A DNA stretch of 64,000 nt from Bugula neritina (taxonomy: Eukaryota; Animalia; Bryozoa), in NCBI GenBank assembly GCA_964035545.1, contig OZ037765.1, positions 29,573,504 through 29,637,503 of the forward strand, in the 5' to 3' direction. Below the pieces are notes generated by a model. It was not told where the DNA came from. It ran no database searches and saw only the letters and a program-made list of their open reading frames with translations. This document shows positions 14,103 to 28,604 of the stretch, piece after piece. A program made the translations under genes and the position numbers. The first letter of the stretch is position 1. Every line of letters begins with the position of its first letter.

Positions 14103-14382
14103 CAAACATTTTTTTCACACTATAATTTAGATACTGTTGAACACATGAGTGTGTAGAGTATTTCAATGATCTTCACAGCAATTCATATCCACCAACGACT
14201 GTATACTATTTTAGAATTACATGAATGCAGAACGAAAAAATGTGCACATTATTTCGTTCTGCATTCATGTAATTCTAAAATAGTATACAGTCGTTGGTGG
14301 ATATGAATTGCTGTAAAGATCATTGAAATGCTCTACACACTCTTGTGTTCAACAGTGTCTAAATAGTGTGAAAAAATGTTTG
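14103..14382. repeat. ~280-bp near-perfect palindrome with no spacer (foldback), centred on TGTGCACA
   Basis: Left arm 14103-14244 is the reverse complement of 14245-14382 with few mismatches and small indels. Confidence 0.92.
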
Positions 14383-15156
14383 AATACTTATTGCTTATGA
14401 GAAAGTTACTTCATTTATATTCAAGACCACTTGTTTACCGGTACTCGTGCAAATTTAATTTTTTTGCATGATCTTGACTTTAAATGTTTAAAACCTATGT
14501 TATTATAATACAAATATAATTGGCATTGAACATTTTGCTCTCTCTTATGTTTAACTCTCTAACTTAGTTTTACCCTTGAGTCAAAAATGAAAGGGGTTTA
14601 GGGTTTTTAGGTTTGGGGTTGTCTAAATTTATATCTGTGAAATTATAGAACTATTTATAGAGTTTGTCTGTCTTTTACCTTATTGGGTTAATCTGTTAGT
14701 TTGCTTGTTAAAACTTGTCAATCTGTTATAAAATTTAATGCAGTTAATTCTATCAGTGATTCAGCGCTAACGATTTCTCTAACTGTTTTGGTATTTAATT
14801 TAGCTGTTTTTTCCTGTTGGAACAGCATTTTCATTCATTCACATCAAGTTGATAGAGCAGAAAATGTCAATCATAAGTTTCCAAAATGTACATGTTGTGT
14901 GATGATATTGTAAATTACTTATCAAATAATTGTGGGAAGAAGCTTAATTAAATGAAAAAGCCTGTTAGTTAGCTGACAAAATGCCTGTTAAACTAATATA
15001 ACTATCGGTAAAAATATTATCTAGTTATATTATACTTGTCAACGTCAATAAAATGACCACAAATCTCTAAAAAATCTGCAAAATTGGCATAGAAGCAGCA
15101 GCAACTTTTTCCATAAATTATAATAAGATTAAACAACAAATACAAAATACAAGTGA

Positions 15157-15164
15157 TATATAAA
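15157..15164 (+). promoter_or_regulatory. TATA box of cluster gene A
   Basis: TATATAAA about 50 bp upstream of the ATG. The same position is conserved in B (23202), C (37016), D (47714-47721, minus) and E (54690). Confidence 0.6.
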
Positions 15165-15208
15165 CCCATGTCCAACACCTCAAAGTATCATAAATATTCA
15201 GAGCAGTC

Positions 15209-18200
15209 ATGGAGGCAGAAGGGCCTGAGTTCAATACAGCTGTACTTAAGCAGAAAACAGAGAAGAACTGGGTAGCTCCCACAGTTCTAGCTTTGATCCT
15301 CTCTCTTGTGGCTCTCAGTTTAACTTGCTACATTGGAGTGAGATTGGTAGAAATTGAAAAAGAGCAGCGTCGTCTCAACTCAATCATCCAATCTTTGAAC
15401 TCCCAGGTCAAGCTTATATTTATAGATTCATTGGCTATAAATAAAAACCCAGTTTGTATCAAATGCTGTCATTATGTTAATGAGTTAAATTTAGCTGCTT
15501 CAATGTTATAAGAGATTTTTTTATACATATATTTCCAGGCAGCACCAGTGCATTCACTTAGCAAAAGAAGTGTCAACAGTGCAGATGACCTTGAAGATGT
15601 TCTTACTCAGCTCACACCACGTAAGTTTCAGTTAGTTTTTCATAACACAGAGTAGAGTTTATAGTGTAATTTGTAGCTAGTGTGCTAGCATTTAAATAAA
15701 AGAATTTTGAATATACTAAGCTCTTTAATATTTTAGCAAGTATTGTTTGAGTCTTGGATTGAAAATCATGTAAAAATATATTTGTAGCTTCTTTTGGAAT
15801 ATTTCTTATCTCTAGAATAAAGATCAAATATCAAATTTTTCTTTCCTGCACTATTTTATGATGCTTTTCAACAAAGCATTATATTTCTTTTAGCTTTTTG
15901 CTTGATTTTGGAAAGGAAATAATTTATCGTTTGAATCGAAATATTTGTTAATGCTAATTTAACTATACAACCCATTTTATTGTTAAAGCCTGGTGTAGAC
16001 TGTAGCAACCGTTTTTATTTCTGCTACTTCCCTTGCTTTGATTTAAATTAATCTTTCATTAGTCATGCATTAAATTTAATACGAGTAAAAAGTGTAGTGT
16101 TAGTATAGTCACTATAGTGCATTCTTATAGGAAATCCAAAACAATCTGTGAAAAAAGTTACATCAAATTATTATTCAACTTCATGAGAGTCATTATTATA
16201 TTAGCACAGTTTATATGCCCACATTGCTTTTTAAAAAGCTGCAATGATTCTGGATGCTTATATTAGGAAAATATTTTCATCAATTTATAATTAGCGATGT
16301 CTAGTTTGTGTAAATGTTGAAATTATCACTCAATTTTAAAGCTAGTTTCTTATAGCTAATGTCATTCTGTTAACAAGTTTCGTATACCACACAAAAATAG
16401 TTTGACTCACATTGTTGTTATCTTAGTTAAAACATAATTTGAACTTAGAGATACTTATATTTCCTTGTTTTACAAAGCCGATATTGTTTAAAAAACAATT
16501 TATAAATGCAAAAATTCATTTACAAAAGTATATTAGTAACTGATAGCTGAAAGACATGATAGATGCATTAAAACATTTTGGTGAACAAATAATGGCTATA
16601 CTCAGTGTCCTGTAAAATGGCACTGGTATAAGTGGCACAAGTGGATATAAGTAGGTAAAATGGCACATTTTCAATATTAGAGTTTGGGGGTTAGGGATTT
16701 GGAATAGGGGTTTGAGGATAGTGGTTTGAGTTTGGAGTTGAGGTTTAAGGGGTGGGGGTTTGGAAAAATTTAACATCAGTCTGCCATTTTTATCTACTTT
16801 CTATTTGTGCCATTATTACCCTGTGCCATCATTACTGGTACCATTTTCACCTAAAATCAACTATACTAATAAATCCATATAACCATTCCTGGTCATGATG
16901 TTGAAAGTTTAAGTAGAAGTAATATATGATAATGTGTTTCTTATGCAGCATATCTGTAAAAGGTTATAACCACAATATAATATTCACATGTTTACAGAGG
17001 ATCTTTCCTTACTTAGAGGAGCTCCAGGAAGAGATGGTAGAGATGGAAGAGATGGAAGGGATTGTGATTCAGATGAGTTAGAAAAACTTGTAGAAATGGT
17101 TTTTAATGAATCAAAGAAGAGTGGTGAGACTTCATCTACTGCTAGCACTGCTACTGATAGAAGTCCACAGGGATCCTATGATACAGGTGAAGTGTTACTG
17201 TCATATCTGTGGCAGTTCACAAGCTGGAGTAGAAAATAATAGAAATGAGTTAAATGGAGACATTCAATAGAATATGGAGTCTAGACTCTATAATTGTTGC
17301 TTCTCCATTTACATGTGACATTAGCTAGCAAAGTAATAACAATGTGTTCAATGAAGAAATTTGACGCAAAGAAAGCATGTGTAAACAGCTGATTTGATTT
17401 ACAGATGACTTGCTGCAAAGTTTCAATGAATCCATTGGTTTTGCACTGTTGAGGAAAATGCAGGCAACTTTAGGTAAACTGGAGGACATTGAAGAAGAAC
17501 TTGACAGTCATCAGTCCACTTCTCTCAAAGGTGTTCTTTCTTTATAATGATATGATCTTTAATATATCTGTCTGTGTGTAAATAACAGTAGGTTGAATGT
17601 GCTATTAATTCACTGTTATTTTCAGGTGTTATTTAGATAATAATTGTAACAAAGTGTCGCTAACTAATTTACAAAGATTATGCATGCTGCAATATGTACG
17701 GGCTTTCCATGGATCGATCTCAGCGAGATCGATCTGAGATCGATACATGGAAAGCCGGCGATGGTCTTCTAGTTTTGATTTGCAAAGAGCTCTAATTGAT
17801 TTATGCTGCGGTATCTCATGAGTCGAGGAAAAGTTGCCAGCAACAGCAATTATAATAAACTGTAGATTTATATACTCTACGGGATCTATATATAACACCC
17901 TACATTATGTGTGGTACCTAATGCATGGAAACGCAGTGAATATATGTTTCAGATGATGACGATGTAAGTGAAAGTCAACCAACAACAACTGTCATTGGAG
18001 GGTCAACTTATGTGAGGTGGGGTAGAACTACATGTGGGAACAACTCTCAATTATTATATGAAGGTTAAATCATATTTACTATTAATTGTATGTATTAAAT
18101 ATATTTTTGTTTTTTTTATGTTTCACATTCAGATTTAGCTCTCATAATCATATGCTTAATGCTTCTAACGCCACTATTTGATGTTATACTATTATTATTT

Positions 18201-18960
18201 ACAGGTTTTGTTATGGGTTCCCACTATACTCATGATGGAGGAGCATCAAACTATCAATGTTTACCATTAAAACCAGAATATTCAACTTATGCACTCAGTG
18301 GTTCCTGGGTATATGGTGCAGAATATGAATCTGGATCTTCTGTTTTCCCCAGTGCTATGCAGAATCACAATGTTCCCTGTGCAAGATGCTTCGCTGCAAC
18401 AAGATCAGCAACTCTAATGATTCCAGCTAAGAGAACTTGTCCTCCATCTTGGACAAAGGTAAGGCAACTCCAGAGTAAACAAAATGTACTATCAAGTAAG
18501 TGTTTGTCTTAAATGTGTTATGGTAGAGATTTGCTTTAAGATATGATTAACAAACAAAACAGAATATTTTAATAGCATATTGGGTGTTTTCAGGAACATT
18601 GAAGTGGTAACTGATATAGCATTGTTTTGAGAATACAATTTAAAAAAATCATTTTATTTTCTACCTGAAGAATATTGTTTGTTATATATTGCATCATCAA
18701 TAAAATTCACTCTCACATAACATTATTTGTATTTCTTCTATTTCTAGGAGTATGAAGGTTATTTAATGGCTGGCCATTATAGTCACAAGAGAGCTTATGC
18801 CTTCGAATGTATGGATGCTGAACCTGAAGCAATTGTTGGTAGATCAGGAGATGAAAATGGCGCCTTGTTCTATTTCCAAATAGCAAGTTGCAGTTCTACA
18901 GGACACTGTCCACCGTACATTGAAAAGGCTGAGCTAACTTGTGTTGTCTGTACCAAATGA
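15209..18960 (+). CDS. Cluster gene A: type II membrane short-chain collagen C4-like (spongin-type NC1 domain) protein, 390 aa
   Basis: join(15209..15406,15539..15620,16998..17186,17405..17530,17953..18063,18205..18458,18748..18960) = 1173 nt, in frame, GT-AG. TM helix, LSKR|S, GAP(GRD)4-C, and C-terminal GGSTYVRWGRTTC...GGASNYQCLP...YGAEYE...HNVPCARC...MIPAKRTCP..W..EYEGYLM...ECMD..PE...CPPY....ELTCVVCTK. Confidence 0.92.
16604..16858 (-). mobile_element. MITE-like element of the AAAAATGGCAC family in intron 2 of gene A
   Basis: GTGTCC.GTAAAATGGCAC ... CCATTTTCACCTAAAATC with a GGGGTT-rich core. CTATACT is present on both flanks. Absent from intron 2 of B and C. Confidence 0.75.
17701..17756. 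mobile_element. 56-bp hairpin or minimal MITE (GGCTTTCCATGGATCGATCTCAG...CTGAGATCGATACATGGAAAGCC)
   Basis: Self-complementary, with the same terminal motif as the element at 52730-53339. Absent from intron 4 of the paralogs. Confidence 0.65.
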
Positions 18961-19831
18961 GTTGACGTAGATTAGAACATATCTAAGCTGGTGAATAAAA
19001 CCTCCTGCACACCTTTTTATTCATGTCTATAGGTTTTATGTCAAAGTGATATTTTACCTGTATGTGTACTTCAATGTTTTTGTTTGTCACTATTTTTTTC
19101 GGCAGGCTGTGTGCTGCTTTTGACTCTAATAAAACTTCATTCTTACAAGCAGCAAGTTATCACTGTATTATTAATTCACAGGTTGACTTTGCAACAGAGC
19201 AACAAAAGAACTCAGTGAAAATATTCCGATGAGCTAAAGAAATAATATATATAACTTATAAATGATATTTACTTCTACTGAAACATGTCTATACAATATG
19301 CATTGTAATAAAACTACTGTAAACCAATTTGCTTTGCATGTAAATTAATAAAATTTATACATGACTATTTTGACAAAAAAAGACTGTGTAATTATTCAGT
19401 AATTGCCTCCCTCCCAAAGCATCAATAAGAACAAAGTATACAGTAGGTGTAATCGCAATCTATATATAGCTCAGTAATGAACACTGAACTCAAATTTTCC
19501 AGCTCAATGATAATTAACATATTAGTGCATATAAAAACATTGTTCAGTACATTGGAATAGGATAAATGATTTCATTTTAAATATTTAGTTTACTACAGTT
19601 AAAGAGGACAACTCCACACTTGTATTGCGGCACTGGTTAGCCCTTTTAGACTGGTAATCGCCATTAATTAGGTGGTAATTCAACAGTTGATTGTGCATTA
19701 TCAAGTTAGCATGGAACTCTTAGATACATGTGATATAATTCAAACACTGAAACTCATCAGTTATAAAAGACTTGTATTTGCATGCTTTAAAAGCTTATAT
19801 AGTGTGTTATGAAAAACTAAATGAAACTTAC

Positions 19832-19913
19832 GTGGTGTGAGCTGAGTAAGAACATCTTCAAGGTCAGCTGCACTGTTGACACTTCTTTTGCTAAGTGAAG
19901 GCGCGGGTGCTGC
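19832..19913 (-). pseudogene. Orphan antisense copy of cluster exon 2
   Basis: 82-nt exon 2 homolog with intact AG acceptor and GTAAGT donor. No exon 1 or exons 3-7 nearby on this strand. Confidence 0.85.
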
Positions 19914-20416
19914 CTAGAAATACATATTTATCATACAATATGTAAAAATAGGTTATATGAGCATTAACATGTACACTTTTATATTGGAGTTGAATATATC
20001 TGTGATTATAATATGTTTGCTAAATAAGTTATATATTACTAATATTTTTTCTACTGTACTATAAAGTAATGCAATATTATTCCACAGACTTTGTTTCGGT
20101 ATTGATGTAAATATTATTTTAGCAGGGTTAAATTAAATAACTAAGAGCTATGTATATTCGTAAGAAAAGACAAAAATATAGTAAAATTTATTCAAACTTT
20201 GAAAATACTTTTATAAACTGTAACAGGAAAAAAGTAACATATACATTTTAATATTATTTTGAAGCAAGGCAGCTTTACATAAATTTTGCTACAGTAACAA
20301 AAACTAATATAGTGCTCCCTCTGTATCCCTCTAAGGCCTAAGCTGTAGGTCCCAAAACTTCAATTCATGACATATAGTGGAATATCATATGTAACTCACA
20401 GATCTGTTAAATTTGG

Positions 20417-20580
20417 GGAGCAGCCGTGGTCTAGGAGTTAAAGCGCCAGCTTAGTAAACATGAAGTCATGGGTTCAAAACCCTGACTAAGGCCGTTGCAT
20501 AGTGATGATAGGAAGAGCATCCAGTCATAAATGCTCCTGTGCCCCATCTGAATAAGTCCTTAGCCCGATTTAACAAAAAA
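20417..20580 (+). mobile_element. tRNA-derived SINE (possibly Meta-domain type)
   Basis: A-box-like TGGTCTAGGAG and B-box GGTTCAAAACC, followed by AGGAAGAGCATCCAGTCATAAA, which resembles a conserved SINE core (AGGAAGGGCATCCGG..TAAAA). Absent from the paralogous spacer near 29590. Confidence 0.6.
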
Positions 20581-21883
20581 CCCTTTTCATCAGGAGTCTC
20601 TCACTAGGATACTAGTTGTAGCTATATTATATAATAAACTTTGCCTGAGCTTTTTATCTGTTAAAGCAGATTATTTTGTCTATATGCACACATGCATAAG
20701 CTACAAAACAGGGGTCTAAACCCTTCTCGTAACCGTTAGAATTTTGTAGGAAATGGAATCGTGAGATGTATAGGAGGAGCGCTGTAGTATAAAATCTTTA
20801 ATGCTAATCTATAGAGCTCAGACTTTCTTAATTTCCTCTTTACTTCATTTTTACAGGTGAATGTAAGAAACCTTTAAAAAGCGAGCCGGCTAAATATAAT
20901 GCATTAGCATATAATGATTGTGTTGAACCCAGCCTACTTAGAGGTGATTACAGGTATATAATATACCTAATTAAACAGCTGAAGAGCCGGCTACAATACG
21001 CTTTTGGAGTTGATAACAAAATACTAAAATTAGCATCGAGTCTTCTATAAATGCAATTGCCAGGTCCTGTAGAATGCAATATTTCCTTTGCAGAATTGAA
21101 TAATGCTTTTAGACTTGCATTATGATAATTATAATATGACAATCTATGTTTTAAAAAAGCTAGTACAGTAGTTTAAAAAATTATATAATCTGTAATTATA
21201 AGATTCTATACAAGTCATTCACTTTATAAGATTATTGGAAAGCATTTTAGTATATGTAGAATGATTTTGGCATTTAATTATTTCCCAATATTCAAATATC
21301 GTGGTATAGAAATAGTTTTTGGCATTGCTATTGCCCTTATATTTTTGTTTTGCACATAGGATGAAAGCCACAAATTTAAAGATTAACATGTTGATAGAAG
21401 CTTGATTAATGGCCCTTCTCTCCTCTCCCCCCCCCCCCACAAAGAGTTAAAGGTAAAGTTTCTAAATTACGCTGCTATACAACTTTTTATGCTAGTAAAA
21501 AAATTCTTTTGATGACAAATCTGTGCCAACAATACTCAAATATCATGGTAGTAGAAAATCTCTAATAATTATAGCTAACAAAAAGATAGTATTACTTTGC
21601 TGTTTGCCAAGTTCACCATAAACTCATCATTCTGTATGTTGTCTTAACAGGGTTAAAGAGAATAATGACAAATACCAAATGGACCCATTTATACAAATAG
21701 AACATTTGTTAATTCTTGCTTCTGCATTTGCAAATAGTATAGTCTTTTCACAGATGAGAATGAAAATTGCTCAGTATGGTGATACGAGACTGGCAAATTT
21801 ATCAAACTAGCATTGATATATTATTTGTACTATATCTATTTGTCCAAATATTATGGGTTATGGTAGAACATTGATACATGGTC

Positions 21884-22545
<662 letters not shown>

Positions 22546-23253
22546 TGCTGCACAAGTTTATACATGAATGTTTGTAGAAGCTGTAGATCTAATTGTAATA
22601 GTTTTTTGAAAAAAATTATTGCAGCTATTGACTTTATTATAGTTGCCATTATGTTTAAAGATATCTATAGCACTAACATGAAATTTATTGTTTTAATGCA
22701 ATGTCTTATCAATTTGTTGAGTGAAACTTTAATTACAGCCTGTTATTTATAAATCCTGCACCATTTTGGAATTTTTGGGTGTATTCATTGAAAATGCTGT
22801 ACGTTAAAACAGATGCTTAGACTGCCTTAGTTTTCATAGTTTGTTAACCTTATTTAATTTTTGAATAAATTAAACTTTCTGAGAGAGTTGAGTGTTCCAT
22901 GACATAACGTAGTTTTAAAACTTGCCGGAATAGCCTATAGGGTTAAAATATGTAGTTATTGTTTTATAGCAACATTATCAATTAATTATCCAATCATTGG
23001 GCAGAGCCTAAAGTTCTACAAATAATTTTCAGAATTAGGCTGATTTCCAGTTTTAGCTACCAAACTTACCCTTGTAATATACTATTAATTATATCTAATC
23101 ACTTAGTCTTTTTAAATTAGTCAATAAAATGGCCACCAACAGATAAACAGCATCAATTGTTTCATAAATTAAAAAAAGATTATGCGAGGAAATACAAGTG
23201 ATATATAAGCTTAAGTACAACACCTCAGAGTATCATAAATGTTCAGAGCAGTC

Positions 23254-26200
23254 ATGGAGGCAGGAAGGCCTGAGTTCATAGCTGTGCACAAGCAGAAAAC
23301 AGGGAGGAACTGGGTAGCACCCACAGTTACAGCTTTAGCATTGATCCTCTCTCTTTTGGCTCTCAGTCTAACTTGCTACATTGGAGTGAGATTGGTAGAA
23401 ATTGAAGAAGAACAGCGTCTTCTCAACTCAATCATCCAATCTTTAAATTCACAGGTCAAGCTTGTATTCATAGATTCATTGGCTATAAATTATAACCTAG
23501 TTTGTATCCAATGCAGTCATTATGTTAATGAATTTAGTTTAGCTGCCTTACAGTTGCTATTTGAACCATCTTATATACATGTATTTCTAGGCAGCAGCAG
23601 TGCATTCACTTAACAAAAGAAGTGCCAACAGTGCAGATGACCTGGAAGATGTTCTTACTCAGCTCACACCACGTAAGTTTCATTTAGTTTTTCATAACAC
23701 TGTGTAGAATTTTTGAAGCATGCAACTTCAAGTCTTTTATAACTGATAAGTTATATAGGGCTTATAGCTTGTTAACAATTAGATGGAAGAATTCTCAATA
23801 TAATATTAAGCTTTTTGATATTTTATGAAATTTCATAGGACCATAGATTGAAAATTATATTATATTATAGCTTCTTTCTGGATACTTCTTGTTTCTAGAA
23901 TTGAGACATTACCAGATTTTCCCCCACTGTACTCTTCTTGTGTTTTTGAACCAATCATATATATTTCTTTTAGCTTTTAGGTAAACGGGGAGATAACTTA
24001 ACATATGAATTGCAACATTATTTTAATGCTAAAACACTAATATAGTAAAAAAGTTGTTAATGTATCTGTTTGATTTATTTTTGTTACCTCCGTACCTTTG
24101 ATTTAAAAATATTCCATTAGTATTTTATGTGTTAATGTGAGTAATTAAGGCACTAATATAGTTCACCTTTTAAAGTAATCTTCTAGTTTATTCTTATGAA
24201 ATCAAAATTTAACTGTAAAAAATGTTACATCAATCTATCATTCAACTTTATGTAATTCATTATAAGATAATTTTACATGCTCAAATTGTTTTAAAAAAAC
24301 CTGAAATGTTTTCCAGATGCTTATTATAATTTGTAGAATATTTGCATCAATTTACAATTAGTGATTCCAAGCTTTAGTAAACATTGAAGTTATCATAAGT
24401 GGGTTTCTTATAGCTAATGCCATGTTCTGTTTATGGGTATGTAGACCCAACATAACAGTTTAATCCATATACATTTTTTTCTTAGTTGGAAACGTGTAAA
24501 GAGAGAATTGTGACAGCACGGATGCTGTATGGCACGAACGCCTATATGCTCTGAGCACAGAGCAGACCAATAACTCAATTTTTTGCTTATTGCTTGTCTA
24601 TATTTCCATATATAAACTGTAACCTATAAAAGTATAAATAATGTGGTTAAATTTATACACTTATTAATTGGAGTTATTGCTTCAGGAACTTAAATAGAAA
24701 CAAAAAATAACATAATACTCTTAACTATTTTGTCAATCAAGTGTAAGTTATGAGCATCTTCTAAAAAATTTTGGAAAACTCTGAGAGATATGAGTACAGC
24801 CAACGTTCCTTCTTCAATTTTTATCTGCACTGACTCATACCATAACAAAAATAGTCAACAATCAAAAAGCTATATTGTCAAAAAGCTTTCACAAGAATCT
24901 GTCACCAAAAAGCTTTCATTAAAAGCGTTGAACAAAAAGCTCCCGTTACAACAATTATATTTCTTAAGGTTTTACAAAGCTGACGCTGTTTTAAAAAATA
25001 TTTATAAATTGAATTAAAAAAAATAAAATATTAACAGCTGATAGCTGTCTATTGAAAAACCTTTTTCACAATAAAACATGTCATAATATACCTCTAGAGG
25101 CATATTATGACATGCTTTTATTGTGGAAAACGTAGTGCATGGCTATACTAATTATAGATCCATGCCAAATTCCTTGTCTTGATGTTGAAAGTTTTGTTAG
25201 AGTAATATAAGCGTTTCTTATATAGAGCATATCTGTGAAAGGCTATAACCACAATATAATATTCACATGTTTGCAGAAGATCTTTCCTTACTAAGAGGAC
25301 CTCCAGGAAGAGATGGTAGAGATGGAAGAGATGGAAGGGATTGTGATTCAGATGAGTTGGAAAAACTTGTAGCAATGGTTTTTAATGAATCAAAGAAGAG
25401 TGGTGAGACTTCATCTATTGCTAGCACTGCTACTGATAGAAGTCCACTGGGATCCTATGATATAGGTGAAGTGTTACTGTCATATCTGTTCTATTCTCAA
25501 TATCTCTTCTCCATTTATATGCGACATTAGTTAGCAAAATAATACAAATGTGTTCAATGAAGACATTTGGTTTGGAGAATCTAGAATTTATACCAGGTAT
25601 ATTTATTTTGTATGTAGTTGTCCTTAGAGTTACTGTGTAAAAGTGCATATAAGGGATTGCAGCTATAACCACATGGGAAAACAGTTGATTTGGTTTACAG
25701 ATAACTTGCTGCAGAGTTTCAATGAGTCCATTGGTTTTGCACTGTTGAGGAAAATGCAGGCAACTTTAGGTAAACTGGAGGACATTGAAGAAGAACTTGA
25801 CAGTCATCAGTCCACTTCTCTCAAAGGTATTCTATCTTTATAATTATATGGTCTTTAATATAATGTGTGTGTAAACATCAATGAGTTGAATACATTACTA
25901 TTTCGCAATTATTTTTAATACTTTAAATTTTATTTGGATAACAACAGAAGTGTTGTTAGAAACATGCAGAGGTTACTAATGCTACTGTATAGCTGTTGGG
26001 TTTTGATTTGCAAAAAGCTCAGAAGCTTCATATTACAGCTTTTCGCAAGGTTGCTAAATTAAAGGTAAAAGTGCTGTAACAGCGTGTGAAGCCTTATAAA
26101 TTTCTTGAAGTACTCTTCTAAAATCCAAGTAATCTATATAATATGCAATATAATATGCAATGACGATGTATATTTCAGATGATGATGATGTAAGTGATAG

Positions 26201-27564
26201 TCAACCAACAACAACTGTCATTGGAGGGTCAACTTATGTGAGGTGGGGTAGAACTACATGTGGGAACAACTCTCAATTATTATATGAAGGTTGAATCATA
26301 TACTCATTAGTAATTATATGTATTAAACTTGTTTTACTTTTGTATCTTTTACACTTATATATTAAAGAAATTTTCTCTCAGTTTTTTGTATATTTTCCTA
26401 AAGTGGAAGATTTAACAGATGGAGCCATATGGATAATATGATATTAATAGAAGGAATGAACCGTCACATGTGTGACTGTATATGTGTGGTTGTTTTTTTA
26501 CATCAAACATGGCAGTGTGAAGGACACCACTAATAGATACTCATAATCCTTTCTGATTGCAACTTCAAAGTGATAAATATTCACAAACTTCCTCATTTTC
26601 TTGTTTCAGAGGCTTGCAATAGCTAGTGTATCAATCATTATTCTTTTTCATTTGCTTATAAAAAGATTTCGAATTTACAACTCTTATAACCACATATTTC
26701 ATGCTCTCAGATCTAGTTTCTAGTTCTTTCTTGATATTATTCACAGGTTTTGTTATGGGTTCCCACTATAATCAAGAAGGAGGAGCAACAAACTACCAAT
26801 GTTTACCATTAAAACCAGAATATTCAACATACTCTGGTAGTACTGGTTCCTGGGTATATGGTGCAGAGTATGAAACGGGCTCTTCTATATTCCCCAATGC
26901 TATGCAGAATCACAATGTTCCCTGTGCAAGATGCTTCGCTCCAACAAGATCAGCAACTCTAATGATTCCAGCTAAGAGAACTTGTCCTCCATCTTGGACA
27001 AAGGTAAGACAACTTCAAAGTAATAAAAGTGTTGTATAAGTTGAGTAACTGCCTTGATAGTGGGAAAGATCCACTTTAAGATATAATTCCCAAACACCAA
27101 AGTGTATATTAGCATATTGAAGTGTTTTAAGAACATTAGCTGAAACACTGAGCTTCATACATGCAATCATTGAAATTGAATATTGTATTTCTTTTCAATG
27201 CATGTAATTAATGAATACCTTGTTATTTCATACATGAATTTGAAGTATAATTATATATTTTTATTTGTTATATATTAAACATCATTATTAAAGTTCACTC
27301 CTATAATATATGATAGGCTATGAACTTGGTGTATGTTTTTATTTCTAGGAATATGAAGGTTACTTAATGGCTGGTCATTACACTTACAACAAAAAACCTT
27401 ATGTATTTGAATGTATGGATGCTGAACCTGAAGCAATTGCTGGCAGACCCGGAAATGAAGATGGTGCCTTATTCTACTTCCAAAAAGCAAGTTGCAGCTC
27501 TACAGGACACTGCCCACCATATCTTGAGAATGCTGAGCTAACATGTGTTGTCTGTACCAAATAA
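23254..27564 (+). CDS. Cluster gene B: type II membrane short-chain collagen C4-like protein, 393 aa
   Basis: join(23254..23454,23591..23672,25277..25465,25701..25826,26179..26289,26747..27003,27349..27564) = 1182 nt, in frame. An upstream in-frame ATG lies at 23239. Confidence 0.92.
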
Positions 27565-28407
27565 TTGAGTTAAACTTTCATGTTTACACTCACTCAGTCA
27601 CCTACAAACATGTGTATATACTTTGTACCTACAGACACACATTTAAACTTCTCACTAAGTTTAGAAGTGTTACAACAAACAATTTCCTATTAAATGCAGC
27701 TTTTATCTTTCTACATACACTTCTTTTCTGTTTTTACTTGCAACATTTGTAATAGTTTGTATATTAAATGCTTATAGTAATATACCTCTGAAAGTTTAAT
27801 TGCTGCTCTAGTTTAATCATAGACTGATACTGTATTGAAACAGATATGACATGGAGTTAGTACAAAGGTATCTCTGACGTTAAAAGTTGTTTCAAACAGT
27901 CTAAAAACTATCAGGTTTTAACTATAGCTAAGCTTTATTCATTGACTTGACAGTATAAATAATGTGCATCAACTGTTCAATTATTACCTAATGGATGGGC
28001 AGATTACCAGTCTAATATTGGCTGAACAGTGCATTGCTGTGCAAATGGAGTTGTCCTCTTTAACCATAGGCTTCAATAAGCTAAACATTGTTTTTTCTGT
28101 GTACTATTATGTTTATTGTCAGCTTTAAATGGGCTCTAATTAGACTCACGGTATACCATGTTCTTATTAGGGTTTTTGTGTGAGGGGACAATCACTGAAT
28201 AATCACAAAATATTTTGGCAAATAATCGGAACATAGATTTGATTGCTCTATAGTTGCAGCAAATAGCAAAGCATATTGGGTTTACAGGAGTTTTGTTACA
28301 AGTCATATTATGTAGATATGTTTCAGTGGAAGTAAAAATCGTTGAAAAACATTGATAGCTTGCTACCCCTTCATCATGAGTATTGTGGAAACCCATAACA
28401 AAGCCTC

Positions 28408-28604
<197 letters not shown>

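Noticed and set aside
15407-15511. Extended exon-1 ORFs (87-141 aa) in A-E as separate proteins
   Set aside because: Read-through into intron 1 with stops at different positions in each copy; the spliced model is frame-consistent in all copies.
16680-16765. Interstitial telomere (GGGTT/TTAGGG-like)
   Set aside because: Irregular, and always enclosed within the MITE family ends.
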